From a virus (lineage: Duplodnaviria; Heunggongvirae; Uroviricota; Caudoviricetes), in IMG/VR virus record IMGVR_UViG_3300021431_000002: DNA of 64,000 nt; one strand, 5' to 3'. A program made the translations under genes and the position numbers. Numbering within the stretch: the first letter of the stretch is position 1; each line of letters starts with the position of its first letter. The notes below the pieces were generated by a model that searched no databases, was not told the origin of the DNA, and saw nothing but the letters and a program-made list of their open reading frames with translations. This document shows, piece by piece, positions 1 to 10,700 of the stretch.

Positions 1-607
1 AATCGGTAACAAAATCATATATGCACACATAAACCCTATGTTCTCTTGGGTCAAATGATACCGATTTAACCATTATCTCTGGGATACTTAACGGTTCTTT
101 CAAATTAACCAAAAACCTATTGCTCTGCAATCTAGAATCAACGGTGTTTCTCAAATCCTCAACAAATTCCTTAGTCAAATCATCTTGATTTGCCTTAAAA
201 TTGTTATTGTACTTAGTTTCAACTTTCTTATAGATGTTTTCGTAATTGTACTTTGTTGGGGTCTCACCATTTTTGATGCCTTCAGCTTCCTTAAACTGTA
301 CTGCCTTGTTCTTTTTTACGATTGAATCATAGAACCCCTTGTTTTTCTTCTCTTTCACGTTTTTATCATAATAAGTGTAAGTAACCTCTTTCTCTCCGTT
401 TTCAATCTTCTCCAAATCCTTGTTAATGTTTTCTATTTCAGACATAATACCACCCAATTCTGATTTCATAGAATCAATAACTTGCTTTGAAGAATTCCTT
501 CCAATCATTTCACATAATGTTGCATTGAGCATCTTATACTCATTAATCCTCATATTCAAGAGATTCTTTAGATAACTGTTATCTTTTGCTTTTGTATCAC
601 TATTCAT
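1..607 (-). CDS. Partial hypothetical protein (runs off the window); coiled-coil-like N-terminus and possibly a tail-tube-like C-terminus
   Basis: Hand-translated open frame from ATG at 607 (MNSDTKAKDN...SRLQSNRFLVNLKEPLSIPEIMVKSVSF...) with no stop before base 1; absent from the ORF track. Confidence 0.75.
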   Translation of the reverse strand, partial: MNSDTKAKDNSYLKNLLNMRINEYKMLNATLCEMIGRNSSKQVIDSMKSELGGIMSEIENINKDLEKIENGEKEVTYTYYDKNVKEKKNKGFYDSIVKKNKAVQFKEAEGIKNGETPTKYNYENIYKKVETKYNNNFKANQDDLTKEFVEDLRNTVDSRLQSNRFLVNLKEPLSIPEIMVKSVSFDPREHRVYVCIYDFVTD

Positions 608-1979
608 TTTTCAATACATTTAAAATTAACTCTTTATTCTTATTGTAAATATATCTTTTATATTTTTCCACATTTTTATTTACTGTATTATCCATACTTC
701 CTTTGTGCCTCCTATAGTAAAAAACAAAATCATCTGACATATATACTTTTTTACCGCCATACAAAAGACGTATCAAAAATTCCCAATCTTCATATGCATT
801 CATATATTCATCATATCCACCTACACGGTTAAAATCTTCTTTGCGATAAATAAACGAAGAATATATATGGTTATATCTTATTAGTGCTTTATAATCGAAA
901 TTATCAAGATTCCATTCTTTTTCAGTACCATCATCCCAAAACATTTTTGCTCTCCCATAATATAATGTACAATCATCGTGTTCATCAAGATATTTAATTC
1001 CATTTTCTATATAGGTACTAGAAATTTTGTCATCTGGGTCTAAACACATAATATATCTAGTATTAGCCATTCTGATTCCTGTGTTTCTAACGCATGAAAG
1101 TCCTTTATTAGGTTGTCTCACATATGTAAATCTTTTATCATTATTTATTTGGTCTAAAATTACTTCTTCAGAATTATCTGTGCTTCCATCGTTTATTATT
1201 ATACATTTCCATCTATTATATGTAGATGATTTCAATGAATCAATTGTTTCTGTGATATAATGCGCATAATTATAGCAAGGCATTATTATAGTTATTCTTG
1301 GATTTTTATCGTATTCTTCAAAAAAACGTATTTTTTCTTTTCTTATTGCATTTTCATCTGAAGAAACACCACCTAGATAAAATTTACTAACAACAACATC
1401 TATGTGTTTATATGAGCATCTATCATTTATAATCTTATTATAAAACCACGCCCAATCTGAAATAATCTTAAAATCTTCAATATAATTCTCTTTTTTTAGT
1501 AATTCAAGTTTAATGAAACTGCCATTGTGAGGTAATGTATCATACACCATATACTTATGCGTGACAATATCTGGATATTTTTTAATAAATGGAATTTCTA
1601 ATATATTTTTTTCTTTATCATCTACAAATAAATTTCCATAAACAATATCTTTATCTAGAAAATCATAGCATTTTTCTATTGATTGGTTATCATAAAATTC
1701 ATCACCACTATTTAAAAATAATATATAGTCACCATTTGCGGCATCAATTCCTTTATTCATCGCATTATATAATCCTTTGTCTTTTTCTGATACCCAAAAT
1801 GCCAACTTTTTTTCATTGTTCTCTATAACGTCAACACTTCCATCAGTACTCCCTCCATCAATAATTATATAATTAATTTTGTCGAAAAACGTTTGATTAA
1901 TAACACTATTAATAGTACTTTCTAAACCAATTTTATTGTTCAAATTAATAGTAACAACATTAATTTTTTTGAAATCCAT
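600..1979 (-). CDS. Double-domain GT2 glycosyltransferase
   Basis: Two GT-A domains: IIIDGGSTDGS...GLYNAMNKG...FLNSGD, and IIMPCYN...INDGSTDNS...CLDPDD...YEDW. Confidence 0.9.
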   Translation of the reverse strand: MDFKKINVVTINLNNKIGLESTINSVINQTFFDKINYIIIDGGSTDGSVDVIENNEKKLAFWVSEKDKGLYNAMNKGIDAANGDYILFLNSGDEFYDNQSIEKCYDFLDKDIVYGNLFVDDKEKNILEIPFIKKYPDIVTHKYMVYDTLPHNGSFIKLELLKKENYIEDFKIISDWAWFYNKIINDRCSYKHIDVVVSKFYLGGVSSDENAIRKEKIRFFEEYDKNPRITIIMPCYNYAHYITETIDSLKSSTYNRWKCIIINDGSTDNSEEVILDQINNDKRFTYVRQPNKGLSCVRNTGIRMANTRYIMCLDPDDKISSTYIENGIKYLDEHDDCTLYYGRAKMFWDDGTEKEWNLDNFDYKALIRYNHIYSSFIYRKEDFNRVGGYDEYMNAYEDWEFLIRLLYGGKKVYMSDDFVFYYRRHKGSMDNTVNKNVEKYKRYIYNKNKELILNVLKNE

Positions 1980-2029
1980 AATAATCACTTTTTATAAAAA
2001 ATAAAAAAAAGTTAAAAAAACAAAATACA

Positions 2030-2061
2030 TTTGGCTAATTAATTTTTTTTTAGTATCTTTG
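2030..2061 (+). promoter_or_regulatory. Bacteroidota sigma-A-type promoter
   Basis: TTTG (2030)-N20-TATCTTTG (2054), upstream of ATG 2083. Confidence 0.75.
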
Positions 2062-2082
2062 CATAAACTAAATTTTATAAGT

Positions 2083-3222
2083 ATGTTTAATAATTACAAA
2101 AAGTATTATGAAAACTACTGTAAATATCTAAAGACGCAAGAAGCCCAAATGAATGTCACCGAAATGGAACACGGCTTCGCCAATATTGAGACACTTATCA
2201 TGCACATATATGGTAATTGTCTCAATTATAGATATTATGGTAAGTATTATGAAAAGGAAGATAGGGTCTTGCTCACCGATTCTACAATAAACGGAAAAGA
2301 ACTATCAAAATCCCTTAAGTTAAAAGATTTTGGAGAGTATACGAAAAAAGAGTATTCATACATTGACACAATACGCTCAATCGGTAATTTCGTTTTCTTT
2401 GACGGAACTGCCTATGTCTTTACAGACTATGGACTAATTCAAATGTATGGAAGAAGTTCAGAAGATGGAAATGCGGCAAAAATATATACAATTGAAACTT
2501 GGTTATTTAGGGAGCAAGACAAAACTGAACTTGAAAAACTCATTAATCATTCATTAATTGAAATCCCTACAAAAAACATACAGAAAAACCTTACCGTGTG
2601 TACAGATGGAAGTTATGGTATTCATAAGTCAAGCATAGAGGTTAAACCTTTTGACTGCGACTTGAAAAAGAACTATAATGATGATTTACCATACGATAAG
2701 TTAACTGAACTGATTAATTCTGACGAAGAGGAACTTATACTGCTGCATGGAGAACCAGGAACTGGAAAAACATCTATAATCAAAAAATTGATACATGACA
2801 ATCCTGATGTGGAATTTCTGTATTTTGATTCAGAATTGTTTAAGCCAACTAGCGATGGCAAAATGTTCGATTTCTTGAGCGAACATAAACAACACGTATT
2901 CATCATCGAAGACTGCGAAAAACTATTTGTGAATAGAAGTAACGGCAATAAATTCCTTAACTCAATGCTTAACCTAACAGATGGCATTATAGGCGAAGCA
3001 TTTGGAATTAAATTTATCTGCACGTTTAATTGTCATAAATCAAAAATAGACCCAGCAGTATTGCGTGAGGGTAGACTATCTCTCATATATGAATTCAAAA
3101 AACTGTCTATAGACAAAGTGAAAGCATTTATACCAAACGCAACACAAGAAATGACGTTAGCACAAATATATCACACAGAAGATAATGGTAATAAGAAAAC
3201 TGATAAAAAAATAGGATTCTAA
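2083..3222 (+). CDS. AAA+ ATPase
   Basis: Walker A GEPGTGKT, Walker B FIIEDCE, SRH IDPAVLREGRL, C-terminal KIGF. Confidence 0.85.
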   Translation: MFNNYKKYYENYCKYLKTQEAQMNVTEMEHGFANIETLIMHIYGNCLNYRYYGKYYEKEDRVLLTDSTINGKELSKSLKLKDFGEYTKKEYSYIDTIRSIGNFVFFDGTAYVFTDYGLIQMYGRSSEDGNAAKIYTIETWLFREQDKTELEKLINHSLIEIPTKNIQKNLTVCTDGSYGIHKSSIEVKPFDCDLKKNYNDDLPYDKLTELINSDEEELILLHGEPGTGKTSIIKKLIHDNPDVEFLYFDSELFKPTSDGKMFDFLSEHKQHVFIIEDCEKLFVNRSNGNKFLNSMLNLTDGIIGEAFGIKFICTFNCHKSKIDPAVLREGRLSLIYEFKKLSIDKVKAFIPNATQEMTLAQIYHTEDNGNKKTDKKIGF

Positions 3223-3241
3223 CATTAGAATCCTATTTTTT
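3206..3241. terminator. Bidirectional intrinsic terminator
   Basis: AAAAAATAGGATTCTAA-CA-TTAGAATCCTATTTTTT between convergent genes. Confidence 0.8.
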
Positions 3242-3303
3242 GTTTTATTTGCTCATTCAATAATGTTTTAACGAAACGCTGTAACTTGTTGATTTTCAGA
3301 CAA

Positions 3304-3792
3304 TTAGTACGCGAGTATAGCGTAGTCAAATCTCAGGGTCAGGCTGATGGTTGCGAGGTCATCTTGGCTGTAATCCAAATCACCGAAATCTGCTGCTGTA
3401 CACATTGTGTTCTTTAGAATCCATTTGCTGACAACAACACCTGTTGGGTCTAGCATTTCAAGCTCAACATCACGTTTATAGCCAGCTGCATAACCTTGAC
3501 GACCAGTAATGGACTCAGAGTGAAGACGTACCCATTCCATTACAGCTTGCGAAGCAGAAGGACCAATTGGGTCTCTCAATGTTACTTGAATCTCATCCCA
3601 AGTATAACGTCCTACAACATATGTTTCTGTGTTCAAGAAAGGTATCGCTTTACCCTCTTGTTTAATTGATGGACGCTTTGCGCTCTGACACCACCACTCT
3701 TGGATACCTAAATCAGCTGGGAATCTTAATAGCCATCTATTTTTCCTGAGAGGTTCGTAATTGAGCGGCATTTTCAAAAGTAAATCACTCAT
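3304..3792 (-). CDS. Tail tube protein (T4 gp19-like)
   Basis: YEPLRKNRW, GRYTWDEIQVTLRDPI, YKRDVELEMLDPTG...W.LK...FGDLDY...LTLRFD; downstream of the sheath gene. Confidence 0.85.
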   Translation of the reverse strand: MSDLLLKMPLNYEPLRKNRWLLRFPADLGIQEWWCQSAKRPSIKQEGKAIPFLNTETYVVGRYTWDEIQVTLRDPIGPSASQAVMEWVRLHSESITGRQGYAAGYKRDVELEMLDPTGVVVSKWILKNTMCTAADFGDLDYSQDDLATISLTLRFDYAILAY

Positions 3793-3881
3793 AATTTTAT
3801 GTCTTTTAATTTGAATTATTTATTATTATTTTCTTTATTTTTTTAATATAAATATACTAAATAATTTTTTTTCGTTATTTT

Positions 3882-3912
3882 TTTGAAAAATTATTATTTT
3901 TTTATATATTTG
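3882..3912 (+). promoter_or_regulatory. Bacteroidota sigma-A-type promoter
   Basis: TTTG-N19-TATATTTG; TATTTATA follows at 3918-3925. Confidence 0.65.
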
Positions 3913-3946
3913 CAAAGTATTTATAATAGTAAATAAAACATAATTT

Positions 3947-5602
3947 ATGGATAAAAGAGAAAATTTTATAAAAAAAGCAACAAAAAAGCACAATGGAAAA
4001 TATGATTACTCAAAAGTAGAATACGTAAACAGTACAACAAAAGTATGTATCATATGCCCCATTCATGGCGAGTTTTGGCAAACACCACAAGGTCATGTTA
4101 GAGGAAACTCTTGTCCAAAATGTGCAAATATAAAACGAGGCGATACTTTTAGAAGTAACGCTGATGAATTCATAGAAAAAGCATCAAAAATTCATAATTC
4201 AAAATATGTTTATGACAAAACCAAATACGTTAATTCTAGCACAAAAATACCAATATTGTGTTTTGAGCACGGAACATTCTGGATGACACCAATGAACCAT
4301 CTTCTAGGGCAAGGTTGTCCTAAATGCAGTGGAAGAGGACTTAACAACAATGAAATTATAAATATGTTTATCGCCAAACATGGAAAAAAATACGATTATT
4401 CCAAAGTCGAGTTTACTAAAATGCACGATAAAGTTTGCATAATATGTCAAGAACATGGTGAATTTTGGCAAACACCGTCAAAACACCTTCTAGGGCAAGG
4501 TTGCCCTAAATGTGCAATTGAGTTGAGAGCGGAAGAAAGAAACATCGGAAACGAAGAATTCATAAGAAGAGCAAGAAAAATATATGGTGATAAATACATT
4601 TATGCCGACACTAAATATACAAAAATGGAAGATAAGGTTAAAATAATATGTCCAAAACACGGAGAGTTCTGGCAAAAACCATATGACCACCTTCATGGGC
4701 ATGGGTGTCCTATATGCGGATTAATCGAATCTAAAGGAGAAACTGAAATATATGATTATATTTGTGGCCTTATTGGGAAGGAAAACGTAGAGCACTCAAA
4801 TAGGGAAATACTAAACGGATATGAAATAGACATCTATATTCCAAATCTACAAATTGGAATTGAATACAATGGTCTTAAATGGCATTCAGAAAAATTTAGA
4901 AATAGAAATTACCATTTAATGAAAACCAACTTAGCAAAATCAAAAGGCATCAAACTAATTCAAATTTTTGAAGACGAATATATCTTACATAAAAACATTG
5001 TATTGTCTAAAATAAAAACACTAATCCATGCAAATAAAAACGTACAATCAATAATGGGTAGAAAATGTTCAGTTCAACAAATTACAAAGGATGTTGCTAA
5101 ATCTTTCCTTGAGAAAAACCATATTCAAGGCTATGGCAGATGCACACTTGCTCTAGGTTGTTTTAGCAGTAATACACTTGTAGGGGTAATGACATTTGAA
5201 CAATATGGCACTGAATGGCTTCTAAACAGATTTGCAACTGATATTAATTTCATATGTCAAGGAATTGGCGGTAAATTGTTTTCTTTCTTCATTAAAAATT
5301 ATAACCCCAAAATAGTAAAATCATTTGCAGATAGAAGATGGACGTTAGACGAAAACAATAACTTATACACAAAACTAGGCTTTAAACTAGAGAAAATACT
5401 AAAACCAGACTATAGATACGTTAACTCATCACACCCAACAGATAGAATACATAAATTTAACTTTAGGAAAAAAATATTAGCAAAAAAATATGGTGTAGAT
5501 GAAAAACAAACTGAAACCAAACTAACGGAAAGTTTAGGTTTCTATAAGATATGGGATTGTGGACTTTTAAAATATATATGGAAAAATGAGGATGAACACT
5601 AA
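3947..5602 (+). CDS. Putative homing endonuclease: 4 Zn-ribbon repeats, Vsr/DUF559-like nuclease and a Hef-like C-terminal domain
   Basis: Repeats YDYSKVEY..KVCIICPIHGEFWQTP..H..G..CPKC; EIDIYIP...IEYNGLKWH; FLEKNHIQG...RFA...SFADRRW...IWDCG. Confidence 0.75.
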   Translation: MDKRENFIKKATKKHNGKYDYSKVEYVNSTTKVCIICPIHGEFWQTPQGHVRGNSCPKCANIKRGDTFRSNADEFIEKASKIHNSKYVYDKTKYVNSSTKIPILCFEHGTFWMTPMNHLLGQGCPKCSGRGLNNNEIINMFIAKHGKKYDYSKVEFTKMHDKVCIICQEHGEFWQTPSKHLLGQGCPKCAIELRAEERNIGNEEFIRRARKIYGDKYIYADTKYTKMEDKVKIICPKHGEFWQKPYDHLHGHGCPICGLIESKGETEIYDYICGLIGKENVEHSNREILNGYEIDIYIPNLQIGIEYNGLKWHSEKFRNRNYHLMKTNLAKSKGIKLIQIFEDEYILHKNIVLSKIKTLIHANKNVQSIMGRKCSVQQITKDVAKSFLEKNHIQGYGRCTLALGCFSSNTLVGVMTFEQYGTEWLLNRFATDINFICQGIGGKLFSFFIKNYNPKIVKSFADRRWTLDENNNLYTKLGFKLEKILKPDYRYVNSSHPTDRIHKFNFRKKILAKKYGVDEKQTETKLTESLGFYKIWDCGLLKYIWKNEDEH

Positions 5603-5618
5603 TTCATCCTCATTATTT

Positions 5619-5649
5619 TTTGTTATTTCATTTATTTTTTATATATTTG
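5619..5649 (+). promoter_or_regulatory. Bacteroidota sigma-A-type promoter
   Basis: TTTG-N19-TATATTTG. Confidence 0.7.
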
Positions 5650-5679
5650 CAATATTATTGAATAATTAATTTTTATTTT

Positions 5680-6054
5680 ATGGAACTAAAAATACTTTTT
5701 TTAATGATATTGCTTCACATCATAGATGATTTCCATTTGCAAGGAATATTAGCTAGTATGAAGCAGAAAAATTGGTGGCTGAAGCAAAAAGGCTACAAAA
5801 ATATGTACGAGTATGACTACATGACTGCATTGACGATTCATTCTCTGTCTTGGTCAATAATTATCTCTATTCCGCTTTGGTTTTTAAACATTAGCCCAAA
5901 CATACTAGGTATAATAATATGCTGCAATATGTTTATTCATATGTATGTGGATGACCTCAAATGTAATCAATTAAAGATAAGCCTCACAATTGACCAAACA
6001 ATACATATAATCCAAATTTGGGTAACATGGGCGATATGCTGCTTTTTAATATAA
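5680..6054 (+). CDS. DUF3307-like membrane protein
   Basis: HIIDDFHLQ, H..VDDLK, IDQTIH motifs within hydrophobic helices. Confidence 0.7.
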   Translation: MELKILFLMILLHIIDDFHLQGILASMKQKNWWLKQKGYKNMYEYDYMTALTIHSLSWSIIISIPLWFLNISPNILGIIICCNMFIHMYVDDLKCNQLKISLTIDQTIHIIQIWVTWAICCFLI

Positions 6055-6079
6055 AAAGGTACTGATTAATGTCAGTACC

Positions 6080-6460
6080 TTATTTTTTATTTCCAGTGTC
6101 GGTTAACACTTTGTCGCTTTCTAAGAAGACTTTCTTGAAAAACTCATATAAACTTGATGTAGGGTGGTCTGCATACTTCTTTAATCCTTCAATTGCGGTT
6201 TCTCTAATCTTACCTATAATTGGCTCATGTTGGATAACCTCTTGAGCATGCATTGCGATTTCTTCCTCAGAATCTCCTTGACCCATCATTTGCTGCGGTT
6301 GTTGCTGAACCATCTGTGGGTCTGGCTGTTGCTCCATGCCCATTCCTTGACCCATTCCATCGTCCATAACACCATCTTCCCCATTAAATATATAGTCTTC
6401 TGTAAGCTGCGCTTTTAGACTTTTCAATTCATTTAAAACTGTTTTAAAATTTTTTTCCAT
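6080..6460 (-). CDS. Late hypothetical protein, probably head-internal
   Basis: VLNE and QLTE motifs near the N-terminus, M/G/Q-rich middle, TATTTATA upstream. Confidence 0.6.
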   Translation of the reverse strand: MEKNFKTVLNELKSLKAQLTEDYIFNGEDGVMDDGMGQGMGMEQQPDPQMVQQQPQQMMGQGDSEEEIAMHAQEVIQHEPIIGKIRETAIEGLKKYADHPTSSLYEFFKKVFLESDKVLTDTGNKK

Positions 6461-6502
6461 AATTAATAAACGTTTATTTGTATATAAATATCATTGACAT
6501 AA

Positions 6503-6537
6503 AAAAAGTGGAGAGTATTGGTTGCTCTCCACTTTTT
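6503..6537. terminator. Intrinsic terminator
   Basis: AAAAGTGGAGAG...CTCTCCACTTTT hairpin with A/T tails. Confidence 0.7.
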
Positions 6538-6554
6538 ATAATTATATTATTTGA

Positions 6555-7559
6555 TTAAATATCATCAAAATTCACTCCTTCTATTTTATTTTTTAACTGT
6601 TCTATATTATTACAAACATTGTCATTTGTATACAGTCCATTAAATTTTTTATTTGATTTATAACCAGGTACAGTGTTCTTTTTTGGGACATAGTATAACA
6701 ACTTAATACCTTTATTTTCACATAACACACGTTTGTATTTATCTCTAACTAAGTTTTTCTCAAACAACTCATTAGCCCATTCATCACCCTTGTTCGCAAA
6801 ATCAACAGGTTTAAAATGCTGTTCTCCTTGGCATTCTATTGCTATGTTGTATTTTGGTAAATAAAAATCCAATCTATTTTTTTGATTTTCATCATCATAT
6901 TTATATTGAGTCTCGAATGTAATATTACCCTCAGTAAGTGTGTTGAACACTATTTTCTCTATTTTACTCTGTTTACAGTGCGGACATCCTTGACCACGAA
7001 GATGGTCATTTGGGGCTTGATAGAACTCACCGTGTATTGGACAAACAATACATACTAGATTATGTATACCACTATATATAACCTTTGAATAGTCATATTT
7101 GTCATTGTGAACTTTTTTTGCATCATTAACAAACGATTCAGTTGTCCTCTTTGCATTCCCACTACAGTATGGGCATCCTTGACCTCTTAATATATGTTTA
7201 TCAGGAGTCTGCCAAAACTCACCATGCTCTTTGCATATTATACATACTTTCGTTCTATTATTCACATACTCAACCTTTGAATAGTCATACTTTCCATTGT
7301 GAACTTCGTTAGCTCTTTTAATGAACTCTTCAACTGGTGTCTTCATTTTTTCAGCAGACTTTTCATAACGGCAAATTGGACAACCACATTTTTTCGACAA
7401 TAAGCTATCTGGGGTTATTTCAAACCATATATTATGTTTTTTGCAAAACAACCTAACCTTTGTTTTTGCATTAACATATTTTACTTCTGAATAATCATAT
7501 GAATCTCCATGAATTTCTTTAAGGCGTGTAATAAAGTCTTCTTGTTTTAATCTTCTCAT
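6555..7559 (-). CDS. Zn-ribbon-repeat putative homing endonuclease
   Basis: 3 CxxH...CPxC repeats plus LDFYLPKYNIAIECQGEQHF; sits between the sheath and tube genes. Confidence 0.75.
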   Translation of the reverse strand: MRRLKQEDFITRLKEIHGDSYDYSEVKYVNAKTKVRLFCKKHNIWFEITPDSLLSKKCGCPICRYEKSAEKMKTPVEEFIKRANEVHNGKYDYSKVEYVNNRTKVCIICKEHGEFWQTPDKHILRGQGCPYCSGNAKRTTESFVNDAKKVHNDKYDYSKVIYSGIHNLVCIVCPIHGEFYQAPNDHLRGQGCPHCKQSKIEKIVFNTLTEGNITFETQYKYDDENQKNRLDFYLPKYNIAIECQGEQHFKPVDFANKGDEWANELFEKNLVRDKYKRVLCENKGIKLLYYVPKKNTVPGYKSNKKFNGLYTNDNVCNNIEQLKNKIEGVNFDDI

Positions 7560-7628
7560 ATTAATATATCCTTTACTATAAATATTAATATATCGTAAAA
7601 AATAACACCACTTTTATGTATTTTTTTG

Positions 7629-7660
7629 CAAAGATATATAAAAAATGGGAGAAAATCAAA
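7629..7660 (-). promoter_or_regulatory. Bacteroidota sigma-A-type promoter
   Basis: Minus strand TTTG-N20-TATCTTTG. Confidence 0.65.
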
Positions 7661-7708
7661 TTTTCCTCCCATTTTTATTTAAGAGTTATGTAACTATCTG
7701 ATTATCAA

Positions 7709-10700
7709 TTAGATGTCCTCAAAATTCACCCCCTCTGGGGATAAAATAAAGTCAATTGTTATGTACTCAAGAGCATTATAAGGTTTGAAGTAAATCTTAA
7801 CTGGAAGTTCTCTTCTTTCCCTTGACTCTATTGTATCATTGACCTCAATTCTGTAATCAGAAATACCTCTGTTGCTTCTGATGCTATCCATAATTGGAGT
7901 TACAGTAGAAATGAATGACTGTTTCGTTGTTGCATCGTTTGGTTCAAAGATTAAACCAATACAAGAGATTGCAATAAGTTTTCTCATTCTCAATAACAAT
8001 CTACGAACTGCGATACGATTAAGTTGTGATTCATTAATCTGCAAGTTCTTCTGTCCCCAAATCTTAGGACCATCTTGAGCGAATGTCTTGACTGGGTTAA
8101 TTCTGCCTTCGTACAATACATCTTCGTCACCGAGTTTTGTAATAAAGTGTGCTCTTACACAATCAACATTACCACGTTCAATACCTGCTGGTGCGAACCA
8201 AGGATATGCTTGATTATCTGTTTGTGCGAAGTTACGTACAACATCCTTCGTTGCTGGCAAATAAATGTACTGATTATTATCGACATCTAAGTATTTAACC
8301 CAAGGATAATATGTACATGAGTAGTTAGAATCAATCTCCGTATCCTCCAAGTTATATACAGCCTCGTCTGGGGTGTACATTTCATCAACGTAATCACCAG
8401 CGCCGCTTGGCTTATCTGGAGTTGTAATGACATAGATACTATCTGCTCTTTCTTCCTCAATCATTTCGATTGCCTCTTCAACAAGAAGTTTCTGATTTAC
8501 GTAGTCAATACCTGGAGTAGCGAATACGTTAATATCTGTTGCTTCTGGATTGCTGAACTGACGAATAGCAGCAAGATAAGCATACCAGTCAGAGGTAATA
8601 CCATTCTGATTTAACCCAATCAAATCAGGATTTGCAATCTTATTGAATGAATATCCTTCTCCACTTCCTTGGTTAATGAACCCTCTATACTGAGACATTT
8701 TGAAGTTATCAGTATTTGTTCTTTGGTCTCTATAATCGTCCCATCCATCAAAACCACCATAGAAGAACACAGTGAACTTACGGAGGTTAACATATTCATA
8801 AATAGAACCATACATTTCATCTTCTTTACCAATCACTGGTGGCTGGTCAAGAACTTGTGTTCTAGAATTTGTTGATACACAATCAAATACATACCCCTTT
8901 TCTCCATCAACTGTAACTGTTGTTGCTGATGCGCCATAATCCCTATCAAGTCTTGAATCAAGATGGAAACCGTGTGACAAGAAACTTGGGTCATTAATGT
9001 AAGCTTTTGTTCCCTTGAATGTGAAGTTATCAATATCAACCCCAACCCATGAAGAAAGTCCAAAGTACTGCTTTCTGTTCTTGATGTCCTCATCAAAATA
9101 TCTGTTATACTTGATTGCTGGGAATGTGACATCTGTTTTTGCGTTTCCGCTGATTGGTAAACCATCGTACTTTGGTATTGGATAACCTAAGAAGCCTGCT
9201 GGAACAGACGTTCTAGCTGCCGTTGTCTCATTTACCTCAACAGTAATATACTTAGACTTGGACTCATACACACCGTCAAATGAACCAATCTTATATGCAA
9301 TGTAGTTAGCATCTCCTGGTGTCATTGTACATCTTCCAAACCTCTCAAGTGGAATAATTGATTCATCAAGGTCATCTACCCTACGTACAATTACATCAAA
9401 AGTACCTTCGTCTGGCCTAATGTTTTCAATTGAAACCTTAACCTCATAGTTTGAGTTGTTACCATCAGAAATAGTATGGAATCTGAACAACTTAGTCATT
9501 TCGATATGGTCGAAGTCACCCTTCAAGTTAGATACAATCCAAGGAGTTGAAGCATATCTGTATGCTGACTTGTAATCATTCATGTCAAGCTGAACATAAG
9601 CTACATCACTCTTATCGTCATTCATCCTATAATAAAGCCCATCAGCATTGTTTAATACAAGGGTTGACTCCTTTCCATCATTGCCTTTAGTACCTCCATT
9701 CAACAAATTACCATAATAGTTGACATATTCATATTCAGAACCACCACTTTGCTTACGCTTCAACTCATCAATACTATTTTTAGAATAATAAGCATAATAA
9801 TAGTGTCTCTTACCATCTTGTGTTGTGTATTGCTTTACAGTGTAAATCTGGCCTACTTTCATTGCTACTTCAGCAACGGTTCTTGCTGACCATGCTTCTT
9901 CATCCCCTGGTTTAATACTACTTGGCATCGTTGTAATAACAGTAGCACTTGGGTCTCCACTAGAAATTTCAGCCATAGTGTATGGTCTTCCTAATTCATA
10001 GTTGTAACATACACATCTGATTCCCATTCCATTTGGATTATCTATCGTTGATTTTAATGCCATCTTACTAGCAAGATACCTACGTCCAACATACTTTCTA
10101 TTTAATGAAGACTGTGGTTTATCAACAATTCCATAAACTGGCTCATGGTGGTCAAAGTCTGCTGTATAATATACTTGAAACTCTGTCAGTCCACTGTCAA
10201 TGACAGATACATCATTGTTCGCAATACCTTGCTCAAGTGCCACATCATACAATGTTTCAACAAATATAGGAGCATCGCCATCATAAGCCTTTGTTCCTAG
10301 AACGTTAAGTATGTACTCCTTGTCATAAGGATTCAATGATACCGCATATTCAAAATATCCTCTTGTCAAATCTTTATCTCGAATGATTGTATCCACTTCA
10401 TCTTCTTCATAGATACCCTTTACACCGACAAATTTAAATCTTCCTTTATTAGTTTGTGAAACGGTCCAAACACCAGTACCGCCATTAATTCCATATCCAT
10501 CACATTCATTACCGTTGCTATAAAGTGGTATGTACTCCCTAATTTGGAGTGCATTCATATTATAACCTTTCTTATCACATTCTGTAGCACCGCTAACAGT
10601 TTTCTCGCCAACATAATATCTCAATGTGTCATATTTTGTCGTTTCGCAAGTACATCCGCTAGTATTACCAGTGTCGTATGGATGATAAGTACCTCTTGAA

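Noticed and set aside
2059-2082. Upstream start codons chosen by the ORF track (also 22160, 35657, 40308, 50612)
   Set aside because: They overlap promoter or terminator motifs; downstream ATGs were used
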